A stretch of DNA of 64,000 nucleotides from Candidatus Melainabacteria bacterium 17Bon1m (GTDB lineage: Bacteria; Cyanobacteriota; Vampirovibrionia; Obscuribacterales; Obscuribacteraceae): positions 1-64,000 of the forward strand of contig JAVLKG010000010.1 in the NCBI GenBank assembly GCA_032128875.1. The letters are read 5' to 3'. The translations under genes were made by a program, and so were the position numbers. Positions 9,494 through 18,717 of this stretch are shown piece after piece. Positions within the stretch are counted from its first letter, which is position 1, and each line of letters starts with the position of its first letter. Under the pieces are notes generated by a model. The model saw nothing but the letters and a program-made list of their open reading frames with translations. It was not told the DNA's origin and did not search any database.

Positions 9494-12400
9494 CTACTCT
9501 GATGCGCCGACGGCAGCGGTTACCTTGTCTTTCTCGCCGTGTCGTTCGGGACACTTGCCGTCCTTGGGCACCATGCGTTTTTCCTTGCCGGCAGCTTTGC
9601 ATTGAGCGCACTCGTTAAGCTCCTTCAAACATCGCGGGCATCTTCCTGTGTCCGGCGTGACCGGGCAATTGCAACCACAGCAGAGAAGAATCTCAGGAGA
9701 TTCGAAAATGCAGGAGTCACTGCCCTTGGTGCACATGGTTAGTTTTTCAAGAGCAGCACTGCAGTAGGGACACAGGTTCGTCCAGATAGAACCACAGTCC
9801 GGACAGAATGTTTTACCGGTGCTTTCCTTACCTTGCTTCACGACCATCGTCTCAGGATTATCCTTGCCGAGCGTGACGCAACCAGGACACAAAGTCTTCT
9901 TCTGGTCGACAACCGTACCTGGCGGAATAGTCTTACGCTGCGCGGATTTCTCTTCGACACCGTCAATGACGCCTCGGCATTCAGGACACTTGCGAGAGCC
10001 TTTGTCGATGATTTGTGTACACAGAGGACATAGCATTTTCCCTTTTACGATGAGCGTCTTCACGCCGTCAAGCGAGCAGTGCGGGCAAAATTGGGTGCCA
10101 TCATCGCAACCGCCAATGTCGTGACCACGGTCGCACACCTTGATAGTGACGCGATCTGGTGACTTATACGATAGCCATTGCAGATACGGATTAGGCTCAG
10201 GCACAAACTTCACGTCTGTGTGCATCGGATTCAATCTGCGATCCGTATTTTTGTAATAGTTTTCGTAATCGCCAATCGTGGCGTAAGAAGCTAAAGAATA
10301 GAGCGGGTCGTATTGCTTCACCACAACACGTGGCTCGACGTCAGACAACACGATGTCTGTAGTGCGGAAGTTTGGAATGTGCTTCTGAACTTCACCGACA
10401 ATATCTTCCGGCAGCTTGATACCATTCAATCCAAGGAACGTTACAGGCTGGCTGGCAGAGCCGATTTGGTGAGTTTGAACAAACCAGAGCGGATTGGAGT
10501 GTTGAACCATAAGCGTCAGCAAATTCTCAGCACCAAAGTCGAGAAGCAAGCTTCTTCCGTCAGCGGTTGTATATGCCGGCTCTTTCCATTTGCCCGTCTC
10601 TGGGTTGATCGTAAAGACTCTCGGCAACAGCTTTGTCTTGACGAATGCACGCAGCTCAGATTCGATTTTCTCTTTGCGTACTTGATCGGTCAGCGAATGA
10701 TCGAACTGGATCTGCAGAAGTTTGTAACTCAACTCCGATTCGATAAGCGCTTTGATGTCACTGGAAAGCGAGGGAACAACTGTTTTCCAGTCTCCCTTGT
10801 GCCAAAGCGGGGCAAGCAAACTGTCAATAAATTTCTCAACCTCTTTGCGCCCGATCAAATTCTTGTCGATGAGAATTCTCTCTTGCGTCATGTCGCCGAG
10901 ATCTGCCACAGTTTGGTCAAACTCAGCTCCCATGCTGTCGTCCAGGTGTTTGATGTTGTCGACCAAACCCTTGACCTTCGCGTATTGTTTTTCAAAAACC
11001 TTATTCAGCTCTTCATAAAAACCGACCATCAAGCGATGCGTGCGCAGCGCGCGCCCGCGGCTATCGTAATACTCGGACAACCGCTCGAGCAAGACTTCAA
11101 GCGTGTCTCGCAACACAGGCAACTGCACGTCATTGCCAACACGCTGAAGAGAATCGATAGCCTCTTTGACTTGCCTAGTCGGGTCACCCTCGACCTGCGG
11201 CACCGATGTGACCTGCTGCAATTTCGACTTGCAGTTAGCCATCAGTTCTTCTAGCCATTCATAAAGGAATACATAGCCACGCTCCGGATCGTCCGAGAAT
11301 ACTTTGAACGATTTCTCCATTTCTGCCGCGACAAGTTCGAGTGCATTCTTACGCGCAGTCAATGCATGCTGTTCGCCCTCGAGTGGGCTGTTCACATCCA
11401 CAGTCTCGCTGAGAGCTGCGTCCACCCACTGTTTTAGCTTATTAACACAAGCGGGGCGGTTAAGGCGAAACTCTTCATGAAACGGGCGAGAAAGAAAACG
11501 CCCATAAGCCGGGTCCATGCTCAAACTGCTTTTCAGCGTCAGCTCGTCTTCAATCTTGGAAAGATGATCAGCGAAGAACTGTTTTGCCAGAGCTTTTTCC
11601 GTAACTTCAGGGTCGGGTCTCAAAAGAAAATCGATCGCAGAATTGCAAAGACGCGATTCAATCATCTTAGAGAAATGACTGATGGGTGGGACCTTCACAG
11701 AGGAAACTCCAACCGCCGAATAGGACTTGTGGAAAGTTCTGTCCTCAACGGTTTCCGGGTCTGAAATTGAGGTGAAGATGTTGCTTAGAATAGACTCGCT
11801 GCGCTCGGTCAGCGGAGAAAGAACATCAGTGACAATCGCTTCCGACATGTACTGGGCGACTCTGTCGTCGACTGCAACCGGCTTATCACCGGAAACTTGT
11901 CGCTGCGAAATGACCGCACCACGGCGGTTTTTGTTGCTGAAAAGGAACGTAAAATCGAAAGGTGTTACGTCGCCCGAGAAATCGACAAAGGTATGATCCT
12001 TGCCGCGGATTTTATACGAGCGCTTGTTGCTGTTCAAAAGATAATCAAGCTCACGCAGTGCAGCATAACCATTGGCATAAATGCGCTTAATGTGCGCGTT
12101 CTCCACGACAGGTTCGTAAACTTCAGGCATGACCAACATGCCGATGAATCTTCTTGTCGACGGATCAACACCACAGATTTTACGCAGCATGTATGCAACA
12201 TCAAGGAACATGCCACTGCCTGTGCCACCACAAATTGAGCATATGATATAGACGAACTGCAGGTTCTGGTCAACGTCAAAACCGGGAAACTCTTCCCATG
12301 ATGCTGGATCGGAGACATCGTGCGCGGCTTGTTGCAACCAGCGATAAGTCGTATGCAAGTTGTCGCCCTTGTACAGACCAATTTTCCCGAACATACGTAC

Positions 12401-12754
12401 TTGACCGGAGCCGCGAGCGGCTTTCGGAAAGTCTACTTTCAAATCCGGGTCCGGGTACCAATCAAGAATGTGTTTGTTTTCCGGAGCCGACAAATTGCTT
12501 ATCACTTGCGGCGTATCGCTCTGATCGATAACCCGCATTTCGGTATTGCCTAGATTGATGAATTCGCCTGTCGTCTGACTGATAACAGGCGGATTGTTAA
12601 CACCGGCACTATCAGTATCGATCGACAGCATCCGAATCCACGGCAGTTCTTCGACGCCATAGGTGTCAAAGATACGACGTTTGAGGTGCGTCAGCGCCCG
12701 TTTGCCTGTTCCACCGAGACCTACAACCAGCGACGGGATTGTTCTAATTGCCAT
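9494..12754 (-). CDS. tubulin/FtsZ-like GTPase (Tubulin_2 / FtsZl type) with helical middle region and C-terminal multi-zinc-ribbon domain
   Basis: VVGLGGTG, IDTD, GSGQVRMFG, tubulin signature CGGTGSGMFLD, ANGYAALRELDY; about 12 CxxC/CxxH half-sites at the C-terminus; ATG 12754 has a GAGGA RBS (ORF track starts at TTG 12820). Confidence 0.9.
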   Translation of the reverse strand: MAIRTIPSLVVGLGGTGKRALTHLKRRIFDTYGVEELPWIRMLSIDTDSAGVNNPPVISQTTGEFINLGNTEMRVIDQSDTPQVISNLSAPENKHILDWYPDPDLKVDFPKAARGSGQVRMFGKIGLYKGDNLHTTYRWLQQAAHDVSDPASWEEFPGFDVDQNLQFVYIICSICGGTGSGMFLDVAYMLRKICGVDPSTRRFIGMLVMPEVYEPVVENAHIKRIYANGYAALRELDYLLNSNKRSYKIRGKDHTFVDFSGDVTPFDFTFLFSNKNRRGAVISQRQVSGDKPVAVDDRVAQYMSEAIVTDVLSPLTERSESILSNIFTSISDPETVEDRTFHKSYSAVGVSSVKVPPISHFSKMIESRLCNSAIDFLLRPDPEVTEKALAKQFFADHLSKIEDELTLKSSLSMDPAYGRFLSRPFHEEFRLNRPACVNKLKQWVDAALSETVDVNSPLEGEQHALTARKNALELVAAEMEKSFKVFSDDPERGYVFLYEWLEELMANCKSKLQQVTSVPQVEGDPTRQVKEAIDSLQRVGNDVQLPVLRDTLEVLLERLSEYYDSRGRALRTHRLMVGFYEELNKVFEKQYAKVKGLVDNIKHLDDSMGAEFDQTVADLGDMTQERILIDKNLIGRKEVEKFIDSLLAPLWHKGDWKTVVPSLSSDIKALIESELSYKLLQIQFDHSLTDQVRKEKIESELRAFVKTKLLPRVFTINPETGKWKEPAYTTADGRSLLLDFGAENLLTLMVQHSNPLWFVQTHQIGSASQPVTFLGLNGIKLPEDIVGEVQKHIPNFRTTDIVLSDVEPRVVVKQYDPLYSLASYATIGDYENYYKNTDRRLNPMHTDVKFVPEPNPYLQWLSYKSPDRVTIKVCDRGHDIGGCDDGTQFCPHCSLDGVKTLIVKGKMLCPLCTQIIDKGSRKCPECRGVIDGVEEKSAQRKTIPPGTVVDQKKTLCPGCVTLGKDNPETMVVKQGKESTGKTFCPDCGSIWTNLCPYCSAALEKLTMCTKGSDSCIFESPEILLCCGCNCPVTPDTGRCPRCLKELNECAQCKAAGKEKRMVPKDGKCPERHGEKDKVTAAVGASE

Positions 12755-12881
12755 GACTTTCGAGTCCTCTAAAGTTTGCCTTTGCTGACGACCACCGGAC
12801 AACCAATTCAAACCAAACAAAACTTGCTACGTGCACGCCCTGAGCGCCTTGTCTCAGGTTGCGAACAACGAATTAACCGAC

Positions 12882-13088
12882 TCAGTGCTTCGAAAGCAGA
12901 AAATTTCCTACCAGTGCGAGCAGCGCGACTCCGCCTGCCGCCAAACTTGAAGCGTTCGCGACTTTTGTTGCCCTCTCCGGCAACCAGCGATTGAATTTCA
13001 CGAGAATTGTGTAAATGCCGAACCTGAGAGCAACAGCGATGAGAATGCTAACGATAGCGAGAATTCCGTACCACCACGTCGTGTCCAT
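12882..13088 (-). CDS. small two-TM membrane protein
   Basis: 68 aa with two hydrophobic helices; AAGGAAAGGA RBS; co-oriented between the vWA and tubulin-like genes. Confidence 0.75.
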   Translation of the reverse strand: MDTTWWYGILAIVSILIAVALRFGIYTILVKFNRWLPERATKVANASSLAAGGVALLALVGNFLLSKH

Positions 13089-13257
13089 GCTCTGTGTCCT
13101 TTCCTTGTCAGGTCGATTGTATTTTTCATCTGTCTTCTAATTACTAGGCATTAGCCCGCTGGGAATACTTCCTAAACGCAAAAATCCAACTCTTAAGAAT
13201 CTCACAAGAATTGGCGCCCCTATTGGGTTTGCGCACTTCCAAACATTGTTTTTTTCT

Positions 13258-13502
13258 GTAGGGTCAACGGCATGCGTCGACTGTTTTGCGTGGGGTCGCG
13301 TTGCACGCGCTTTTTTGCGTGGGGTCGCGTTGCACGCGACCTTTTTTTCCAATACATCGCCCGGTCTTCGTGGGGTCGCGTTGCACGCGACCTTTTCTAT
13401 CGGCTGCCCTCCTCAGTACGGGAGGCACATGTGCCTCCCTGCTAGGTGAGCCGCATGCGGCTCCCTTACAAAAGTCTTGGAGGGGCGGCATACATGCCGC
13501 CC
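13258..13502 (+). repeat. composite cluster of REP-like palindromes
   Basis: gtagggtcaacggcatgcgtcgac; three cgtggggtcgcgttgcacgcg(acc); gggaggcacatgtgcctccc; gagccgcatgcggctccc; ggggcggcatacatgccgccc. Confidence 0.9.
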
Positions 13503-13523
13503 ACCGATGGTTTTACATGCAAT

Positions 13524-15425
13524 CTATCGTCCGCGTTTCAACGTGGACAACCACAGGAATATCCCCAACCCACAGACGATGATGCAGACAATTATCAACG
13601 GAACAGCAACTGGCGCGACTTCTTCCCACGGACTAGGGTCGACAACGACTTCAAAGGGAATTTGGCTCGGTGCCATCGTTTCCGAATCCCCGCTCACCTT
13701 CACCACCAACTTGCCTTCATACCGACCAGGTTTTTGTTTCGCAGGAATAGCGACATTCATCTTTATCTCTTGCCTGTCCGCCTTTGAGGCATCGTAGGCA
13801 AACTTCACAGGCTTGCCGTCATTGATGTTCGCCACATCAATTTTTTCGTTCTGATACTCGGCTGCCGTTGGCTTACCCACTTCAGCCTTCATCTGAGCAG
13901 CCTCTGGCGTCACTTCAACACTTACGGCTGTCTGACGTTTTGCGCCCTCCGATTGACCAAGAGACGTCGTAATTTCGACTGCAGTCGGCTCGGGCCAAAA
14001 GAATCCAGGCTTTTTCACTTTTACTTTGATGTTCTCAGGCGAAACAACAAGACGGCTCGGCACCGAAACAACAAAAGGAACATACTGCGGTACGCGTGCG
14101 GTGGATGACATTTTGAGGAAACCGAGAAAGTGCCCGGCAGGGCAATTGCTGTGCGCTTGAACGGTCACAGGTACGAGGTTGGTGGGCTTGGCACCCTCGT
14201 ATTTGCGACCCGGAACGATTGGTGCAAGCACGACATCTGGATGCGTCAAGGCAACGGTAATAGCGCCAGGCGGTAGTGTAGAAACTAGTTTCCAGCCCTG
14301 AGGTCGAATAATGGATTGAGGCGACGAGAAAGTTTTCAGCTCTTCGTTTTGCTTGGCAATGCTCACAGCACCTGAGCACTCTTCCGCTTTTGCAATTTGT
14401 TCCGAGTAACAGGAGCGCAATTCGGCAGGAAATGCACAAGTTGCCATGCCATTGCCATCAACATTGCCGAAGCTAATGAAACCGTTATGAGCTCCTACAG
14501 CATTGGCATCAACTCCGCCGAAACATCCTTCACTCATCGAAAGTGCTGGAACAATCTCACCCTTCAAGCTCTCAACAGTTTTCTTCAGCGCTGCAAAAAT
14601 TCTGTCAGAGACCGTGCCACCAGATTGCGAATTCACGTCGATAAACTCACCACCAATAAGTGTCGCAAGTTCTTTCGCCGTGGTAGTTCCGGCCTTGCTG
14701 TCTGGCAATCGCTGCAAGCCTACGACGCGAGTTTGCCAGGTATCTACACCAACTTTTTCTTTGGCGATTCTCTTCTCTAGCAAAATTTGCTTAGACACAT
14801 CGCGCACTTTATGTGGTGCGCCTGCCGGGGGTTCGTCCCATCCATCGGTGAACATCACAATGAATGTCATCGTGCATGCGTCGCCTTCTTTCGCCATTGC
14901 GCGCGCCTTTTCGACCGCCGCGTACAACGCGCCACCCATATATGTATCACCGTGTTTGTCGGCGGCTAAAGTTTCCGGTGAGACTATTTTGCTGACCAAC
15001 TGCGCGCGCAGCGCCGGGTCTCCAAGCTTGTTCGGCCAGTCGGCTTTCTCTGTGATTGCGGTTCCAAATGTGATGAACGAAACTTGGCTCGCAGGTCCAA
15101 TCAAGCGGCTGTCTTCAACCATTTGCTTAAGCGCCGAACGCAACGCTTCGAAAAGAGTTATGTCCTTCCCGTCCGGTCCTTTCACCATTGTCGATTTCAT
15201 CACCATGCTGCCGGAGACATCGACAAGAAAAACGAAATTCACAGGGCGCTCACGTTCTTCCGCAGCTTGAGCAGGTGGCGGAAACGCGGCAGGGGCGAGC
15301 ATCAAAGACGCAGGCAACAACACGCCTGCGATCGAAAACATCATCGAGCTAAAGCAAGCACACAGCGCAAGAAGCAACGCAAAAACTGCATTGACGAACT
15401 TGTGTTTATCTTTTAAAAGCGACAT
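13524..15425 (-). CDS. membrane-anchored vWA domain protein
   Basis: N-terminal signal/TM segment, MIDAS DVSGSM...GDT...FTDG, beta-rich C-terminal domains and a C-terminal TM anchor with basic tail. Confidence 0.9.
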   Translation of the reverse strand: MSLLKDKHKFVNAVFALLLALCACFSSMMFSIAGVLLPASLMLAPAAFPPPAQAAEERERPVNFVFLVDVSGSMVMKSTMVKGPDGKDITLFEALRSALKQMVEDSRLIGPASQVSFITFGTAITEKADWPNKLGDPALRAQLVSKIVSPETLAADKHGDTYMGGALYAAVEKARAMAKEGDACTMTFIVMFTDGWDEPPAGAPHKVRDVSKQILLEKRIAKEKVGVDTWQTRVVGLQRLPDSKAGTTTAKELATLIGGEFIDVNSQSGGTVSDRIFAALKKTVESLKGEIVPALSMSEGCFGGVDANAVGAHNGFISFGNVDGNGMATCAFPAELRSCYSEQIAKAEECSGAVSIAKQNEELKTFSSPQSIIRPQGWKLVSTLPPGAITVALTHPDVVLAPIVPGRKYEGAKPTNLVPVTVQAHSNCPAGHFLGFLKMSSTARVPQYVPFVVSVPSRLVVSPENIKVKVKKPGFFWPEPTAVEITTSLGQSEGAKRQTAVSVEVTPEAAQMKAEVGKPTAAEYQNEKIDVANINDGKPVKFAYDASKADRQEIKMNVAIPAKQKPGRYEGKLVVKVSGDSETMAPSQIPFEVVVDPSPWEEVAPVAVPLIIVCIIVCGLGIFLWLSTLKRGR

Positions 15426-15433
15426 AGTTAATG

Positions 15434-16192
15434 CTAAACACTCAGTTCTTCTGCGATGCGCTTAGCTGCATCTTTTCTATCATTCGCACGCGTAATCGGG
15501 CGACCCACAACGACGTAGTCTGTTCCCATCGACACCGCATCTTTCGGAGTGACTATGCGCTTCTGATCGTCTTCCGCTGCCCACGTTGGGCGAATCCCCG
15601 GCGTGACAATAACAAAGTCTTTACCGACCCTCTCACGAATGATCGGTACTTCCTTCGCAGATGCCACCACTCCATCAGCGCCCGACGCTTTAGCAAGAGC
15701 CGCATAGCGAGCCACGACTTCGTCAACTTTGTCTGTAATTCCCAAATCCTTAGTCAAAATTTCCTGCGAGATGCTGGTCAATACCGTGACGGCAAGAAGA
15801 ATCGGGCGTGCCACTTTTGCCTCATCCGCAGCATCGTGTGCGGCTTTCTGAGCAGCTCTGATCATTTCGCTGCCGCCTTGTGCGTGCACGTTGAACATCT
15901 GCACGCCGCGTCTGCCTATCTCTCTTGATGCCGCCGCGGCGGTGTTTGGAATATCGTGAAACTTACCATCGAAGAAGACAGGCGCTTCCAACTTTTTGAG
16001 TTCGTCCAGCAGTTTTGTTCCGCAGTGCGTGAAGAGTTCGAGACCGACTTTGAACATGCCGACTTCGTCTTTCAACTCTTCGACCAGCTTGAGCGCATCA
16101 AACATCGTGGGCACATCGAGAGCCACGATTAGCCGTTCTTTCCCGTTTAACTGAGTCATTTTCGCTTCTTCTACTTTTTGCACTTGGGACAT
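15434..16192 (-). CDS. pyrF: orotidine-5'-phosphate decarboxylase
   Basis: LIVALD, FKVGLEL, DGKFHDIPNT, VTVLTS, VTPGIR, DDQKR and VVGRPI motifs; start 16192 (AGGA upstream) or 16159. Confidence 0.97.
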   Translation of the reverse strand: MSQVQKVEEAKMTQLNGKERLIVALDVPTMFDALKLVEELKDEVGMFKVGLELFTHCGTKLLDELKKLEAPVFFDGKFHDIPNTAAAASREIGRRGVQMFNVHAQGGSEMIRAAQKAAHDAADEAKVARPILLAVTVLTSISQEILTKDLGITDKVDEVVARYAALAKASGADGVVASAKEVPIIRERVGKDFVIVTPGIRPTWAAEDDQKRIVTPKDAVSMGTDYVVVGRPITRANDRKDAAKRIAEELSV

Positions 16193-16234
16193 TTCCTCTT
16201 TCCTGGGAGCGCGGAACACTTGCACGCTTATCTT

Positions 16235-16283
16235 GGGAGCGCCGGCGGCTCGCCGGCTACGGGCGGCATCAATGCCGCCCCTA
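16235..16283. repeat. heterologous REP doublet (GGGAGCGCCGGCGGCTCGCCGGC + GGGCGGCATCAATGCCGCCCCTA)
   Basis: The same two-palindrome unit occurs inverted at 26583-26633. Confidence 0.85.
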
Positions 16284-16362
16284 AAAGGGTAAATCATGGC
16301 TGCAAAAAAGACTTGGCAAATTGCTTGCCAAGTCTCAATGCATTCATGTCGAACACCACTTA

Positions 16363-16581
16363 CTAGCTGCCAGATTTGGCGCCTTGCTTAGCGTAGCGCT
16401 TGACAAATCTGTCTACGCGACCTTCGGTGTCAACGATTTTTTGTTGTCCAGTGTAGAACGGGTGGCAGGAACTGCAAATTTCTACACGGATTGCAGGTTT
16501 GGTAGAACCAGTAAGAACTTCAGCACCGCAAACGCAGGTGGCGTTGATTTCCTGGTACTTAGGGTGAATGCCTTCTTTCAT
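16363..16581 (-). CDS. rpmE: 50S ribosomal protein L31 (Zn-binding type)
   Basis: MKEGIHPKY...CVCG...[10 protein letters not shown]...GRVDRF. Confidence 0.98.
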   Translation of the reverse strand: MKEGIHPKYQEINATCVCGAEVLTGSTKPAIRVEICSSCHPFYTGQQKIVDTEGRVDRFVKRYAKQGAKSGS

Positions 16582-16840
16582 ATCTTTTATTTCAACTCTG
16601 GTTGTGTGGGCCCCGAAAGAGCACGTGGTCTCTTGCAGTCAACCCCGACTGTTGATGACGCTTCGACTATGCTCGCGGCTCGAAGAAGCCGCAGCACATA
16701 GCGAACGCTAATGATAACAGACAAGGTGTATATACGCCCAGACTCACATTCTTTGTTAATACGAATTGCAAAACCAAAGCCTACGGCTCTTAAGCGAACC
16801 TAATGAAAAGTGCAGCACGCGCTCCACATAAAACTACAAA

Positions 16841-17031
16841 GCCGGCGAGCCGCCGGCGCTCCCAGGCTTTTGCTGTTTTCATCACTTTGCTCTGCAGGAA
16901 CGGCTTTTATGCCGCCCGCTGGCGATGCATGGCATCGCCCCAACAAAATCGGGCGCGTGCAACGCGCCCCCACGCCAATAACGCGCCCCACGCCAATAAC
17001 GCGCCCCCACGCCAATAACGCGCCCCCACGC
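16841..17031 (-). repeat. REP-like cluster with three tandem 18-19 bp half-REP duplications
   Basis: gccggcgagccgccggcgctccca, ggcgatgcatggcatcgcc, gggcgcgtgcaacgcgcccccacg, then (ccaataacgcgcccc(c)acg)x3. Confidence 0.85.
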
Positions 17032-17053
17032 CAAAATAAGGCGCGGCTGCGCT

Positions 17054-17614
17054 CTAATAATTGATTGGTTGCTGGATTTCCAGCCCGTCTGATGAAGCAA
17101 CAAGGCGTTTGCCTTCAACGTTTAAGAAGACTTTGTGTGAGCCAACAACAGAGGTAACGGTTCTCTTTAGTTGCTCCATGCGGGTTTCCATCGAAGCACC
17201 GCCCCCACTGGCAGCAAATCGCCGAGACAAATCAATCTCGTAGTCATCATCAAGAGGCGTTACGCCCAAAAGAATCGTTCCCTTTGGAATCTCTGTAGCC
17301 AGCCCCTGCCCCTCTTCCTCACCGGTTGGTCCGTGCAGAAGTTCCGTAATCGCCGCCTCCAGCTTATCTTTCCCGTTTAGCTTGCGGCTAACTTTGACCA
17401 ATTCGAGGTTCTCGCCGCCTGGCTTTACGAACCAAACTTCAGCGGTATTGCCCACCAGTTCAGCCTGAACAGCCCTCTCAGCATGTTTGCGCTGCGGAAC
17501 GGCAGAACCAGTCAATATTTTGCGCTCCGCGCATCCTGTTAAAAGGACTGCAGAGCAGGCGAGTGTGCCCACCGCGATTTGAACCAGTCTTGTCGCTCTT
17601 GAACTAATAGTCAT
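17054..17614 (-). CDS. GerMN domain lipoprotein
   Basis: Lipobox LLTGC; LLHGPT.EE..GL.TEIPKGT.LL; DLSRRFAASGGG; QLKRTVT...VFLNVEG. Confidence 0.9.
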   Translation of the reverse strand: MTISSRATRLVQIAVGTLACSAVLLTGCAERKILTGSAVPQRKHAERAVQAELVGNTAEVWFVKPGGENLELVKVSRKLNGKDKLEAAITELLHGPTGEEEGQGLATEIPKGTILLGVTPLDDDYEIDLSRRFAASGGGASMETRMEQLKRTVTSVVGSHKVFLNVEGKRLVASSDGLEIQQPINY

Positions 17615-17646
17615 CGATTCCTCTTTCTAAACAGTGCTAATACACT

Positions 17647-18717
17647 TTAGCGGGTCTTTTGCTCAACTCCGGCAATTCCCGAAGAATTTGTTGGAGTATT
17701 CGCGGAAGAAGTTGAAGGAACAGCCGAAGACTGTGTGGTTGAGGAAGGCTTTACCTTTGAGGATGCCTTTCTTGGCGCAGCTGGTGCAGGAACAAGCACA
17801 GCTGGTGGATTCTTCGGCGCAAGTATCAACCGCCCTTCGCCGGACAAACCGCTTTGATTAATATCGAGCGAACTCAAGCGAAATGCATGATCGCGCCGGT
17901 CCATTCTTTTCAAATCAATGAGCGGATTCAGCAATTCTTCTGCGAAATTGGCGAATTTCTCAGGCTCAATGATGTCGCTGCTTTCAACCTTCATGTCTGC
18001 AATTTCGACTCTGTCATCGCCCTTCAGCTTGAGCTTGCCCGTGATTTTGAGTGGCACGCCAGTCGAATCATCCGCACCTTCCGCCTTCAATAGCGCTTCG
18101 ATGCAAACGTTATCTTCTACGATGTCCACTTTGGGATTCACTACCTGCAACTGCTGCGCACCCAGCCCTGGCATATCTAGATTTAGCCCGCGCAAGGACT
18201 TAGCCACCCTCTCGCTCTTCAACGCATCCGTAATCTGCTCTTTCGTCAACGCAGCTTTGACGTTAACTAGAACAGGCGTTTTAAGCTGAATATGCCGCTT
18301 TTCATGCAAATCGATCCACACAGGCTGGTTAGTCGATGCGGTCACCTGCCCTATGTTGACGCCCTTCACGCTCGAATTCTTGAGAGAACAGTCAACACCC
18401 TTCACTTTGCCTGCGAGCAAATCAGTAAAACTGTAGAGCTTTACTTTGACTTTTACGTCGCCACCCAACTTCTTTTTGAGTACCAGTTTTGCGGTTTGCC
18501 CAGCAACAACTGAGCCTAAGAGATTAAGCCCAGTCACTGTTTGCAGAGTTCGAGAAACCTTACCCGCAACTTTGAATGGCGGCGGACTTTCTTTCGCGCC
18601 CTCAGTTTTTGCAGCGTCAGAAACTTCAGCGCAATACGCTGACAAAGGACTCATAAGTGAGGCAAAACATGTTGCCGTTACCATCAAAGACAACAGCTCG
18701 TTACTTCTTTTGTTCAT
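17647..18717 (-). CDS. LmeA/DUF2993-like exported lipid-binding protein
   Basis: Signal peptide; DLLAGKV motif and beta-rich body typical of the cyanobacterial DUF2993 family; ATGA overlap with the upstream gene at 18714-18717. Confidence 0.65.
   Translation of the reverse strand: MNKRSNELLSLMVTATCFASLMSPLSAYCAEVSDAAKTEGAKESPPPFKVAGKVSRTLQTVTGLNLLGSVVAGQTAKLVLKKKLGGDVKVKVKLYSFTDLLAGKVKGVDCSLKNSSVKGVNIGQVTASTNQPVWIDLHEKRHIQLKTPVLVNVKAALTKEQITDALKSERVAKSLRGLNLDMPGLGAQQLQVVNPKVDIVEDNVCIEALLKAEGADDSTGVPLKITGKLKLKGDDRVEIADMKVESSDIIEPEKFANFAEELLNPLIDLKRMDRRDHAFRLSSLDINQSGLSGEGRLILAPKNPPAVLVPAPAAPRKASSKVKPSSTTQSSAVPSTSSANTPTNSSGIAGVEQKTR

Noticed and set aside
9494-12754. Calling the tubulin-like gene ftsZ
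   Set aside because: About 1090 aa, no FtsZ T7 loop (NxDFAD) or C-terminal peptide, and no division-cluster context.
13137-13797. Short ORFs over the REP cluster (also at 16800-17118, 25376-25914 and 61715-62084)
   Set aside because: Their peptides (GACNAPP, RGVALHAT, ARATRPH) are translations of GC-rich stop-poor repeats.
16193-16297. N-terminal extension of pyrF in the ORF track
   Set aside because: It runs through the REP doublet; a better RBS and start lie at 16192.
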